A DNA stretch of 64,000 bases, from the NCBI RefSeq assembly GCF_009914755.1, contig NC_060931.1; one strand, 5' to 3'. The position numbers and the translations under genes were made by a program. This stretch comes from the human T2T-CHM13v2.0 reference genome, Homo sapiens. Within the stretch, counting starts at the first letter, position 1, and every line of letters starts with the position of its first letter. The notes beneath the pieces were generated by a model. It saw nothing but the letters and a program-made list of their open reading frames with translations, was not told the origin of the DNA and searched no databases. Shown piece after piece: positions 1 through 14,618 of the stretch.

Positions 1-265
1 GGGGAGGCCACAGAATAATGGTGAGAGGTGAATGACATTTCTTACATGGCGGCAGCAAGAGAAAAATGAGGAAGAAGCAAAAGCAGAAATCCCCAATAAA
101 CCCATCAGATCTTATGAGACATATTCACTATCAAAAGAATAGCATGGGAAAGACCGGCCCCCGTGATTCAATTACCTGTTCCTGGGTCACTCCCACAATG
201 CATGGTAATTCTGCGAGATACAGTTCAAGTTGAGATTTGGGTGGGGACACAGTCAAACCATATCA
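1..265 (-). mobile_element. THE1A-type 3' LTR (MaLR), cut by the window edge
   Basis: Reverse complement starts TGATATGGTTTGACTGTGTCCCCACCCAAATCTCAACTTGAA, the THE1 LTR start. Confidence 0.9.
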
Positions 266-1822
266 TTCTGCCCCTGGCTCCTCCAAATCTCATGTCCTCA
301 CATTTCAAAACCAATTATGCCTTCACAACAGCCCCCAAAGTCTTATTTCAGTATTAACTGAAAAGTCCACAATCTAAAGTCTCATCTGAGACGAGGCAAG
401 TTCCTTCTACCTATGAACCTGTAAAATCAAAAGCAAGCTAGTTACTTCTTAGATACAATGTGGGTACAGGTATTGGGAAAATACAGCCATTCCAAATGGG
501 AGAAATTGGCCAAAAAAAAAAAAAAAGGTTACAGGGCCCATGCAAGTCCCAAGTCCCATGGGGCAGTCAAATTTTAAAGCTCCAAAATGATCTCCTTTGA
601 CTCCAGGTCTCACATCCAGGTCACACTGATGCAATAGGTGGGTTCCCATGGTCTTGGGCAGCTCTACCCCTGTGGCTTTGTAGGGCACGGCCTCCCTCCT
701 GGCTGCTTTCACAGGCTGGTGTTGAGGTCTGGCTTTTCCAGGCACACGGTGCAAGCTGCCAGTGGATCTACCATTCTGAGGTCTGGAGGATGGTGGTCCT
801 CTTCTCACAGCTCCACTAGGCAGTGCCCCAGTAGGGTCTCTGTGGTGGGGCTTCGACCCCACATTTCCCTTCTGCACTGCCTTAACAGAGGTTCTCCATG
901 AGGGCCCTGCCCCTGCAGCAAACTTTTGTCTAGGAATCCAGGCATATCCATACATCTTCGGAAATCTAGGCAGAGGTTCCCAAACCTCAATTCTTGACTT
1001 CTGTGTACCTGCAGGCCGAACATGGCGTGGAAGCTACCTAGGCTTGGGATTTCCATCCTCCGAAGCCATAGCCCGAGCTGTTTGTTGGCCCTTTTCAGCC
1101 ATGGCTGGAGTAGCTGAGACATAGGGCACCAAGTCCCTGGGCTGCGCACAGCACAGGCCCACAAAATCACTTTTTCCTCCTGGGCCTCTGGGTCTGTGAT
1201 CGGAGGGGCTTCTGTGAAGGTCTCTGATATGGCCTGGAGACATTTTCCCCATGGTCTTGGGATTTAACATTAGGCTCGTTGCTACTTATGTAAATTTCTG
1301 CTGCCAGCTTGAATTTCTCCTCAAAAATGGGTTTTTCTTTTCTACTGTATCATCAAGCTGAAAATTTTCTGAACTTTTATGCTGTCTCCCTTTTAAAATG
1401 GAATGCTTTTAACAGCACCCAAGGCAACTTTTGAATGCTTTGCTGCCTAGAAATTTCTTCCGCCAGATACTCTAAATCATCTCTCTCAAGTTCAAAGTTT
1501 CACAGATCTCTAGGGCAGGGGCAAAATGCTCCCAGTCTCTTTGTTAAAACATAACAAGAGCCACCTTTGCTCCAGTTCCCAATAAGTTCCTTATTTCCAT
1601 CTGAGATCACCTCAGCCTGGACCTTATTGCTCGTATCACTATCAGCATTTTTGTCAAAGCCATTCAACAAGTCTCTGGGAGGTTCCAAACTTTCCCACAT
1701 TTTTCTGTCTTCTTCTGAGCCCTCCAAACTGTTCCAACCTCTGCTGTTACCCATTTCCAAAGTCGCTTCCACATTTTCAGGTGTCTTTTCAACAATTCCC
1801 CACTCTACTGGTGCCAATTTAC
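266..1822 (-). mobile_element. THE1A internal region (THE1-int)
   Basis: ~1.55 kb between two THE1 LTRs. Its ORFs (MLNPKTMGKM..., MYGYAWIPRQKF...) match those of the second THE1 element at 32.8-34.3 kb. Confidence 0.9.
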
Positions 1823-2176
1823 TGTAATAGCTCATTTTCATGCTGCTAATAAAGACATACCTGAGACTGGGAAGAAAAAGAGGTTTAATTGGACTTACAG
1901 TTCCATATGGCTGGGAAGGCCTCAGAATCATGGCATGAGGCAAAAGACACTTTTTACATGGTGGTGGCAAGAGAAAAATGAGGAAGCAGCAAAAGTAGAA
2001 ATACCTGATAAACCATCGGCTCTCATGATAGTTATTCACTAGCACAAGAATAACACAGGAAAGACCAGCCCCCATGATTCAATTACCTCCCCTTGGGTCC
2101 CTCCCACAACACGTGAAAATTCTGGGAGATACAATTCAAGTTGAGATTTGGGTGGGGAAACAGCAAAACCGTATGA
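1823..2176 (-). mobile_element. THE1A-type 5' LTR
   Basis: ~354 bp direct repeat of the LTR at 1-265. Confidence 0.9.
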
Positions 2177-2689
2177 CCCACTTCAAATGCACTTTGCAAA
2201 GTCTAATTCTTTGATGCTACTCCAACTATCTCTGGCTTCGTAAGTGTTACAATTGGACAGAAATAGGAGAGGAAAGTACAAAGAGAGATCTACTAGGAAG
2301 TAGAATCAGAAGGGAATCTTGATAGAATTCTGTCTGTGAAAAAATCATACCCAATGTCTGAAAGTGTCATGGTGAGGACACTATTATTACAAACGAAGAG
2401 CCTCTGCCTTTTGCAAAATATCAAAGTAGCTGATTTGAATGCTGCCCAAGTCCAGGGCTGATTTTGGTTGGATCATGGCAGCCTCAATTTCACAGAGACC
2501 CCTGAAAATATTTTAATTATGGGGTAACTTTTTGATCCAAATATTTTTAATAACATCACAGTCATACAGTTTACTTTGAGTAAGTGAAGTCTGTTCTTAG
2601 CTGCTTTTGAATTGTTTGTTGTATTTTGACAATGAAATCAACATAATGAAGTACCTAAGGGCAATTATTTTTTAAAAGAAAACAAGTTG

Positions 2690-2850
2690 GAATTTTGGTA
2701 TCCTGTCAGCTGTGTGTTCTTGGCAAGCCTCATCCCTTTTGTGATTATAATGTGGGACAATTAGACCCATCTCAAAGAATATTGTGTGGGGTATATGAGT
2801 AAACATATGTGACAGTCCTGGCTTATTAAACACTAAACTGTAGCCATTAT
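2690..2850 (+). mobile_element. MIR fragment
   Basis: Degenerate MIR core (gctgtgtgttcttggcaagcctcatccc...). Confidence 0.5.
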
Positions 2851-4340
2851 CATATTAGAAATGATTGCTCTTTGTCTCAGGCTTAAGGCAAAGATACAAG
2901 AATTCTGTCAATTTGCTTTATTTAGAATCACTTATCTTGGAATAACCTTCTCTAACCTATCAATGTAAACCACAACTTGATTGTTTAATTATGTGTTAAA
3001 ATAGATTTTTAGTAACAACTTTCTAAAACAAAATTTTCTTTTAGAAAAAAAGAAGTCCGTATTAAACATTAACATACGGAAAAAGAAATTTCACTTAAAT
3101 GAACCAGAAACACCTTTTTTTGGTGCTTAGATGAGAACTTGGTAGAAATTTAAGTAGTTAATTTGTGAACATTAGAACCTAAAAAAGTAAAGTGCATATT
3201 TAGGAGATGGCTTGGTTACTTGGAGTGCCACCACATCAGGTTGAAAAATGATGTTACTGACAAATAAAAAAACCCCAATAGTAATTAGTAACAAAGTGTA
3301 TGGATGTTATTTTTCTTTACTGTACCAAAACATGTATTTTATGGGACAGGAATGGGAAGCTAGCCATAACCAAACATTTATACAGATTTATTTTAATGTT
3401 TGACTCCATGGGTGATTCTAGCAATGCAATCTGTGACAGATGAATTTAGTACATCCATGAGAATTAGATCCACAGCATCTAAGGCCACACATTCTCTAAG
3501 TTTCTTTGATAGAAAGCAACAGAAAACAACCCTTAGTTGATGAATGTCAAGTTGGCAGGTGTGGCTGGAGAGTATAATAGAAAATGAAGTTAGGGAGATT
3601 ATAGCTGGGAAAAGTAGATATTGTAGAGCCTCACAGGTCACCATAATGACTTTTTGACTTTTTAAGCATGAGTGAAAACCATTGCTGTCATAAGTGAAAT
3701 AGCCTAAAATATTTTGAAAGGATTGCCCTGGACACTGTGTGGGTTATATACAGTAAGGGGCAAAAAAGAAAGCAGGTTGAGGATAGTGGTTGGAGATTGA
3801 GGAGGCTTTGCTATATTTCAGGTGAGTTGTGATAGTGGCGTGGACACAGGTGGTAGTAGTGGAGGTGACAGGAAGAGGTGGAGTTCTGGATATATTTTAA
3901 AAATAGAATCAACATGATTTTCTGATACATTACATGTGAGATATACTTTTTATATTCTGAGTTTTTGAAGAGTGGAGTTGCCAATTACTGTCAGGGGACA
4001 GAATGGAGGAGCAAGTTTGGGATAAGGTCAATAGTTCAGTTTTATAACACTGAATTTGAGGTAGTATCTGATTGAGTTTTTAGTTGGGTATAAGAATCTA
4101 GATTTCAGGGGAGAAATCTAGGCTGGAGATGTAAATTAGTAGTCTTGGGAACATAGGAAATATTTAAAGCAGTAAAACTTTGAGATCACTAAAGACATCA
4201 TCATTGATAAAGAGAAGCCCTAAGTGTGCCCTGGTGCACTACAAAATTTCAGGTAGCATTTCTCAACTTAAAATACACATCAGAATTTTCTGAAGACTCT
4301 TAAAAAATATTGATGCTGGCATCCCACTCATCGGATTTAA

Positions 4341-4636
<296 letters not shown>

Positions 4637-4637
4637 C

Positions 4638-5088
<451 letters not shown>

Positions 5089-5876
5089 TCAGGGAGCCAA
5101 TTGTGTCAAATACAGCTTAGGGACCAACTAGAAAACTAGAAAGAAGACTGACACTTGACCATTGGATTTAGAAACATAGAAATTATTGTTGACCTTAATG
5201 AAATAAATTTTGGTGGAGAATAGAGGTAAAAGTCAAGTGGTTTTACATCAAGAGAGAAAAGGAGACCATGAATCACAGAGAGTGGGTATAGGTAAGTCTT
5301 TTAGGGTTTTGCTATAAAGGGGAACAGGGTAAAGGGGTGGTAAATAGAGGAAGGAATAGGGTCAAGAGAGTTTTTAAGAAGGAATAAATAATGACATGTT
5401 TGTATACTGATGAGGTTGTTTCAATAGAAAGAAAAATTATTGATGTGGAAGAGGGAAGATTCTGATGAACCAACTTTTGTGAGTGAGTGTGATCAGATGA
5501 GACACAGTGCTTAAATGGAGGGATTGGGCTTAGATAAAACTGTTGATTCAGAGTAATAGGAAAAAAGGCAGAGAATAAAGGTACAGAATATTGTGTGGTA
5601 TAGAATATTGTGTATAGAATAAAGGCACAGAATTTAATAGCCAAGCTTCTGAAAGCTATCTTCTGATTGCTTTTATTTTCTTAGAAAAGTAAACAGAAAG
5701 GAATCAGATTAGAGCGAGGGTAGGGGAAGAGTTATTGAACTTTTGAGAAAAAAATAAAAGGTTTGAAATATTTGTGTAGAAGAGTAGAAGAATGAGTGGA
5801 TTAGGTAGAGGTGATCAGATTCTTGGAGCACAGAGGACCCAATTGCTCTTAAGTTACTCTTAATAGTTTTGCGTGG

Positions 5877-6244
5877 TGATATGGTTTGGCTCTGTGTCCC
5901 CACCCAAATCTCATCTTGTAGCTCCCATAATTCTCACCTGCTGTGGGAGGAACCCAGTGGGAGATGATTGAATCATGGGGGCGGGTCTTTCCTCTGCTGG
6001 TCTCGTGATAGTGAATGGGTCTCATGAGATCTGATGGTTTTTAAAACGGGAGTTTCTCCACACAAGTTCTCTCTCTTTGCCTGGTGCCATCCACATAAGA
6101 TGTGACTTGGTCCTCCTTGCCTTCAGTCATGATTGTGAGACCTCCCCAGCCATGTGGAACTGTAAGTCCAATAAACCTCTTTCTTTCGTAAATTGCCCAG
6201 TCTCAGGTATGTCTTTATCAGCAGCATGAAAATGGACTAGTACA
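5877..6244 (+). mobile_element. THE1 solo LTR (THE1A/B-like)
   Basis: TGATATGGTTTGG...TAGTACA with a 5-bp TSD CGTGG/CATGG (one CpG transition). Confidence 0.92.
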
Positions 6245-8589
6245 CATGGCTGTATGGTTTTATTTTCTAGCTACATACAGTGCTATAGAAGCAGAGAGAA
6301 TGTAAATGGAAAGTTGGGTTTAACCAAGTGGGGAGCTATTCAGGTAAGTGTGAAGAAGAGAGATGGAGCAATTAAGTTCTGAGTGCTACAGGGAAATTAT
6401 TATAATGAGAGATAATGAGATTTAAATTTGGCAAGGAAGGATGTGAGAAGACAAAAGAGTATATATCAATGAAATGGTGGTAGGATCAATGTATTGTAGA
6501 GTCTCAAGGTGTTGAAGAATTATTAGAGTTGGAGTAAGGAAGAGGTCACCCAGAAAGCTAGGGGGCAGTTGGAAAGAGAAAGGATTGAGATTAAGATTAG
6601 GAGGCTTACATTGTTGTGAACGTGTAAAAAAAAAATAACAACAGCCCCCACAAAATAATGGAAGACAGATTTATTGGAGGAGTGGAAGTTAAAAAAAATG
6701 AAAGGCTGGGATATTAGAAGAAAACGCTTCATGAATTCTGAAGTTACCAGTCATTATGACATGAGTAGTATTGGATGAAGTGACAGGGGGCCACAAGCTA
6801 AATTATTCAAAAAATGAGGGCATATGCTCCCAGGAGTTCTGGAGAAGATTGTAGCAAAATGGGATGGTAGTAGGTAGAGTCTAATGACAAATTCAAACAG
6901 AAGATAAGAATGTTCTTAAAGCAGAAATAAGGCACAGAAAGGATAGACACTCCTCTTCAAGGCCCATGAGTAGAATAGAAAACCTGGGCAAGAAAAGCAG
7001 CATTGTCAGGTAGAAGAGCAAGAGGTAAAGGGAATGTTCAGAAAAGAGTTTGAGGATAGAGAGGACTTTCCGTTCCCACATCCATATGCATCACTGGAAA
7101 CTTTCCTATCCTTTCTGTCCTGTGTGGGATGTCTAGCTCTTCCTTTCTTCAGATGCTTGCCTGAACATCATTTCCTAGTACCTTCAGGGACTCATGTTTC
7201 AGTCAAACTGAGTCCTAAATTAGAACACTTGATATTTTTATATTCTTGACTCTGAGCTTGGAGGCATTTATTCCTTCTGTACACAAAGTCAGTGGGAATA
7301 GGTTGCTCTAAGAGATACAGGAGAAAATTCTTTTTGCATCGTTAATTATAGAAAATATTACTTACCTCACTAGGGTTACTGGGATTAAATGAGACTCTTA
7401 ATTTATTTCTGGAGGAAAGACCAGGTAAGTTCTATCACCATGTCGATTTTACTCCTGCTGTTTCTCCTGTGACTATGACAAAGTAGACATTCAATAAATA
7501 TAGGTACAAATAAATGAATGTACAAAGAATGCAATAAATGCACACATACATGCATATATTAATACCTAAATGCAAAAAAGCCTTACTATTATTCTTACTG
7601 GAGAGAACAGCAGTAGCAGCCGCATTCAACACTATCAATTATGCCTTCCTTCTGAAACACACTCTTCCTTCGGTGTCTGGGACATCCCATGACTTGGATT
7701 ATCCATCTTCTCCTCTCCTACTTTGCCAGTTATTCCTCCTCTACTTAGCAATTATAGGTTGGAGAAACTCAGGCTCCATCCTGGGCCTTCTTCTCTTTTC
7801 ACTGTATACTTTTTCCTAGCTGATTTTGTTCTCTTGTATAGTTAAAATTAAATAAGTGCTATGACTCAAATTACAGCTCTTCTAGGAACTTCTTTTCTGA
7901 GCATAGACCTATATTTAAGACTCTAACTTTTATCTCCACCCAGATTTCTTATAAATCCTTCAAATTTACAACTTTTGTAACTTATTCCTCATTTCTACTT
8001 TCCTGTATTAAGTAATCTACTAACAGAAATGGGGGCCATTCGTAATACCTCCATTTCCCCTCACTCATCCCCCCATATTTAATCAATTTTATCTCCTAGG
8101 TATCCATTGAATGGGATCTGTCTAATTCTCTGGGAAAAAAAGTCTCTTGACCATTTGCCTCTTATTGACCCAACCGCTTTCCTGTCTATTCTCAATGTTA
8201 CAGCACAGTCATCTTTGTAAAATCCAAATCTGATAATATCAGTTCCTTGCTGATACCTTTTCCTGATGCTATTGAGAAAAACTCTTAAATCCTTGACCTG
8301 CCTGCAAGACCTTGCATGCTCTGGTTCTTACTGTCTTCATAGGCACCTGTCATTCCATTTTTTTTTTCTTCTCAGTGACCTAGGCTCACTGGCCCTATTG
8401 GCATGCCTTTGAGCCTGAGGTTACCCTTTCTCTTGAGGGCCTGCACCCCACATACATGCTCTTTCCTCTACTCAGATATTTTTCTATCCATACTTTGTCA
8501 ATTTTCATAGCTGAGCTCAAAATTCATTAATCATCCTCTCCTACCCAATGCTAAGTCATGTGATTTTATTATTTGGTTTCATAGCACCC

Positions 8590-9275
<686 letters not shown>

Positions 9276-10114
9276 CCTTGTAATTATTCTTCATGCCACT
9301 TAATACCATTTTATATGACTAATTGTTTGATATATGCCTCCTTCATTAGTATGCACACTCTCAAAGGGAAGAAAACCTGTTTATCTTGTTATGCTCTGTA
9401 TTGCTAATGTCTAGCAAGGTGCCTTTTATATTAGTGGCACAAATTAAATATTTGTTGAATTAGTGAATTTATTCGTAAAAATCACATTTGTACACAGATT
9501 GCACACTACTATATAGAAATATTTTATTAAAAGTGGCACTAGGTAATTCACTACTTTATGACAAATAACAGCAGAAGGAAGTGAGAATTAGGATTTGAGT
9601 TCATTCCTAACTCTCCCTTTCTTCAAACCTTTGACTTAGGCTGTTTCATTTACTTTGTAAAAACACACATGGTGTTAGGCAACATTGTAAAAGTGCAGAA
9701 TACCTGATTATGATCAGTCAACATATAAGGGTGTATCACACATTTGTATGGTGTAGATTGAGACATTAGATATTAACCCAGTAGAACAAATGGTAAGAAA
9801 TGTTCTTAGACTATTAATTCATAACATTTTTTAATTAAGAATCCAGCAAACCAATATTTCTTTCACCCACATCTCAATCCACATTTGCAATACTGTTTTT
9901 GTGTGAGAGGGAATATTATAGATTTTCTCTGGTAGATTCAAGTGGGACAGTGGATGACCTCTGCCGTGAAATAGTGTTTAATTCTGTTTTATGTGTTATA
10001 TTTAACTTTGTTATACACATGAATGAATGTTTATTATATTCAAAGTAGTACTGATAAAGTAATTGTTTTCATGACTATACTAGTATTAGGCATGTGAACA
10101 GTCATCAAAATTGT

Positions 10115-10783
10115 TATGGTAAGCAGCTCTAAGATGGCTTCCAATAATTCCTGCCTCCTGGTATTCATGCCCTTGTGTAAAACCCTACCTTTGGGTGAAA
10201 GTTGGACCTAGTAACTTATTTCTAACAAATAGAATCAGAAATATATTATCTTCACAAAAACTCCCTAAAATAGACATTATTTCTCATCCTACTCAAATAT
10301 GAGCAAAATTCACCAAAAATGTCACTGTGAGATTTGGTTATGGGCCAACACTGACATAAACTCATCTCTTTTGCTCTCTTACTCTCTCTGGTAGAAGCCA
10401 GTTACCATGTTGTGAGCTGGCTTATGGAGAGGCCTGTGTGTCAAGAAACTGAGAAAGGCCTCAGAAACTGAGGCCTGTGTGTCAAGAAACTGAGAAAGTG
10501 AGGAAAGGAGGCCTTTATTCCTACAATTCATGAGGAACTGAATCTTGCCAGAAACCAAAAAAATTGATCTTGGAAGTAGATCCTCCCCATTTGAGCTTTC
10601 AGATGAGATTGCATCTCTGGGTAACATTTTCATTGCAGCTTGTGAGAGAACTCAAAGTGGAGGCATTCAGCTGAGCTCTGCCCAAGTTTCTGACCCATAG
10701 AACCTCTGAAATAGTGAATAATTGTTGTTTGACCCCACTAAGTTTTGGGGTAGTTTGTTATGCAGCAATAGATAAATAATATA
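10115..10783 (+). mobile_element. MLT1F-like MaLR LTR
   Basis: ctctaagatggcttccaataattcctgcctcctggtattcatgcccttgtgtaa start and ttttggggtagtttgttatgcagcaatagataa end. Confidence 0.75.
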
Positions 10784-10954
10784 TTTGTTATGACTAATCA
10801 TAACAGTTGATATTAACCTAGTAATTCATAGTTCAGGAAACACACTTAGCCAATATTAAGTTGATAAATGTTCTGAATGCCATTTTTAATGCCAGAAACT
10901 AAGAACCCATAGGTGGACCAAAAAAAATTATCTCTCTCCATGGAGTTTACATAG

Positions 10955-13900
10955 AATGGCTTCATAGAATGATTTAGGGGGTATTTCCTCTTTCTCTATC
11001 TTGTGGAATAATGTCAATAGGATTGGTACCAATTCTTCTTTGAATGTCTGATAGAATTCAGCTGCAAATCTGTCTGGTCCTGGACTTGTTTTTTGTTGGC
11101 AATTTTAAAAATCACCCTTTCAGTCTCACTGCTTGTTATTGGTATGTTCAGAGATTCCATATTTTCCTGGTTTAATTTAGGAGGGTTGTATATTTCCAGG
11201 AATTTATCCATCTCCTCTAGGTTTTCTAGGTTATGCATATCAAGGTGTTCATAGTAGCCTTGATTGATCTTATGTATTTCTATGGTATGAGTTATAATAT
11301 CTCTTGTTTTGTTTCTAATGGAGCTTACTTGGATCTTCCCTCTTCTTTTCTTGGTTAATCTCACTAATGGTCTATAAATTTTATTTATCTTTTCAAAGAA
11401 CCAGCTTTTTGTTTCATTTATCTTTTGTATTTTTTTGTTTCAATTTCATTTAGTTCTGCTATGATCTTCATTATTTATTTTTTTCTGCTGGGTTTGAGTT
11501 TGGATTGTTGTTTCTCTGGTTTCATGAGGCATGACCTTAGATTGTCTATTTGTGTTCTTTCAGACTTTTTGATGTAGGCATTTAACATTAGGAACTTTCC
11601 TCTTAGTACTACTACTTTTGCTGTATCCCAGAGGTTTTGATAGGTTGTGACACTATTATTCAGTTCAAAGAATTTTTTTATTTCCATCTTGATTTCATTG
11701 TTGACCCAATGATGTTTCAGAAGCAGGTTATTTTATTTCTATGTATTTGCATGGTTTTGAGAGTTGCTTTTGGAGTTGATTTCCAATTTTATTCCTCTGT
11801 GATCAGAGAGAGTACTTGATATAATTTGATTTTCTTAAATTTACTGAGACTTGATTGGGGCCTATTATACGGTCTATCTTGGAGAATATTCCATGTGCTG
11901 ATGAATAGAATGTATATTCTGTAGTTGTTGGGTAGAATGTTCTGTAAGTATTTGTTAAATCCATTTGTTGTAGCATATAGTTTAAGTCCATTGTTTCTTT
12001 GTTGACTTTCTGTCTTGATGACTGGTCTAGTGCTGTCAGTGGAGTATTAAAGTCCATCACTATTATTATGTTGCTGCGGCTCTCATTTCTTAGATCTAGT
12101 AGTGATTGTGTTATAAATTTGGGAGCCTCAGTGTTAGCTGCATATATATTTAGAATTATGATATTTTCCTGTTGGACTAGTTCTTTTAACATTATATAAT
12201 ATTCCTTGTTGCTCTACATCTTTTTAAACAGCTGTTGCTTTAAAGTTTGATTTTCTCTGATATGAGAATAACTACTGCTGATCACTTTTGGTGTCCATTT
12301 GCATGGAATATCTTTTTCTAACTCTTTACCTTAAGTTTATGTGAGTCCTTAGGTGTTACGTGAGTATCCCAAAGACAGCAGAAATTTGGTGAGTTTTTAT
12401 CCATTCTGCAATCCTGTATCCTTCAAGTGGAGCATTTAGGCCATTTACATTCAATGTTAGTATTGATATGTCAAGTACTATTCTATTCATTGTGCTATTT
12501 GTTGCCTGAATACCTTGTTTTGTTTTGTTTTTTGGTTATTGTTGTTGTTGTTATTGTTATATAGATCCTGTGAGTTTTATGCTTTAAGGAGGTTCTATTT
12601 TGGTGTATTTCATGGATGTGTTTAAAGATTTAGAGCTGCTTTTAACAGTTCTTGTAATGCTGGCTTGGTAGTGGCAAATTCTCTCAGCATTTCTTTGTCT
12701 GGAAAAGACTGTATCTTTCCTTTATTTGTGAAGCTTAGTTTTGCTGGATACATAATTCTTGGCTGATCATTGTTTTGTTTAAGGAGGCTAAAAATAGGAC
12801 CCCAATCCCTTCTAGCTTGTAGGGTTTCTGCTGAGAAATTTACTGTTACTCAGATAGGTTTTCCTTTATAGGTTACCTGATGTTTTTGCCTCACAGCTCT
12901 TAAGATTATTTTCTTTGTCTTGACTTTAGATAACTTGATGATTATGTGCCTAGTCAATTATGTTTTTGTGACAGATTTCACAGGTGTTCTTTAAGCTTCT
13001 AGTATTTAGCTGTCTAGATCTCCAGTAAGGCCAGGGAAGTTTTCCTTGATTATTCCCTCAAATATATCTTCCAAACTTTGAGATTTATCTTCTTTCTCAG
13101 GAACACCAATTATTCTTAGGTTTGGGTGCTTACCATAGTCCCAGACTTCTTTGAGGCTTTCTTCATTTTTAAAAATTCTTTTTTCCATCTTTGATAGATT
13201 GGGTTAATTTGAAAGCCTTGTCTTCGAGTTCTGAGGTTCTTTCTTCTGCTTGTTCAATTCTGTTGCTGAGATTTTCCAGTGCATTTTGTACTTCTGTAAG
13301 TGTATTCTTGATTTCCAGAAGTTGTGTTTTTTTTAATTTATGCTATCTATTTCACTGAAGAATTTTTCTTTCATACCTGTATCATGTTTTTGACTTCTTT
13401 AAGTTCGACTTCACCTTTCTCTGGTACCTCCTTGATAGCTTATTAATCAACCTCCTAAATTGTTTTGGCAATTCAGAGCTATCTTCTTGGTTTGGATCCA
13501 TTGCTAGTTAGCTGGTATGATCTTTTGGGGGTGTTAAACAACCTTGTTTTGTCATAGTACTAGAACTGTTGGTCTAGTTCCTTCTCATTTGGGTAGACTA
13601 TGTCAGAGGGAAGATCTGGGATTCAAAGACTGCTATTCAGATTCTTTTGTCCCACAGGGTGCTCCTTTGATGTGGTGTTCTCCCCTTCCTCTAGGAATGG
13701 GGCTTTCTGAGAGCTGAACTGTAGTAATTGTTTTTGCTCTTCTTGGTCTAGCTACCCAGTGAAGCTACCAGGCTCTGGGCTAGTACTTGAGGGTGTCTGC
13801 AAGGAGTCCCATGATGTGATCCATCTTCAGGTCTTGCAGCCATGGATACCAGCACCTGCTCTGGTGGAAGTAGCGTGAGAGTGAGGTGGACTCTATGAGG

Positions 13901-14555
13901 GTACTTGTTTGTGTTTTCGTTAAGTGTGCCGGTTTTCCATTAGCTGGCCTACAGCCAGGAGGTCACGCTTTCAAGAGAGCATCAGCTGCGGTCCTAAGGG
14001 AGAATTCAGCCTTCCCCTGTGGACACCTGGTTAAGTATTCAGTTTTCTCTGGCAGCGCGCAGGGTCATAGAGCTCTCAAGACATTATGACCTTTGTCTTC
14101 AGCTACCACGGCAGGTAGAGAAAGACCACCTGGTGGTGTCTGAGCTCAGCCTCTCCTTGGACAGGGCTTGCTATAGCTACTGTGGGAGTTGGTGGTGTGG
14201 TTCGCGGTCCAATAGAGTTATATTGCCAGGGGGATTTTGGCTGCCTCTGCTAAGTAATGCAGGTTTCCAAGGAAATGGGGGAAAGCCAGCAGGCTTAGGC
14301 CTCACCCTCCTCCCATGTAGCCTGCAGTCCTAAAGGCTGGTCTCACTCCCAGTGTGCTCCCACAACAGCACTGAGTCTATTTCCAGGCAGCCAGTAACCC
14401 CAGCTGAAAACTTGCCCTAGACCATAAGCCTCCCTGTGGAGAAAGCAGGCAGGCTCACAGTTCCTTGGCTGTTTGATGGAGCCTGCAGCAGCAATCCACC
14501 TCCTTCAAAAGGTTTGTTGATTCTCTTGGCTTTCCTGGTATGTTCCTGCAGTAGT
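10955..14555 (-). mobile_element. Older primate L1 (L1PB/L1PA15-16-like): 5'UTR, ORF1 and ORF2 endonuclease region only
   Basis: Broken ORF1 (…WDYGKHPNLRIIGVPE) and ORF2 EN (ILNIYAANTEAPKFI…DFNTPL) fragments. No RT or 3'UTR. Confidence 0.85.
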
Positions 14556-14618
14556 GGTGCTTCCATTTACTAATTATATAGTTTTGGGCAATTATTTGGT
14601 CTATTTCCTCTTCAGTAT

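Noticed and set aside
163-2075. ORFs of up to 191 aa in THE1 (also at 32.8-34.4 kb)
   Set aside because: Typical chance frames of MaLR internal and LTR sequence, broken at different places in the two copies.
2351-2501. Possible minus-strand exon (ttttcag|G ... TGG|gtatga)
   Set aside because: Stops in all three frames and no transcript evidence available.
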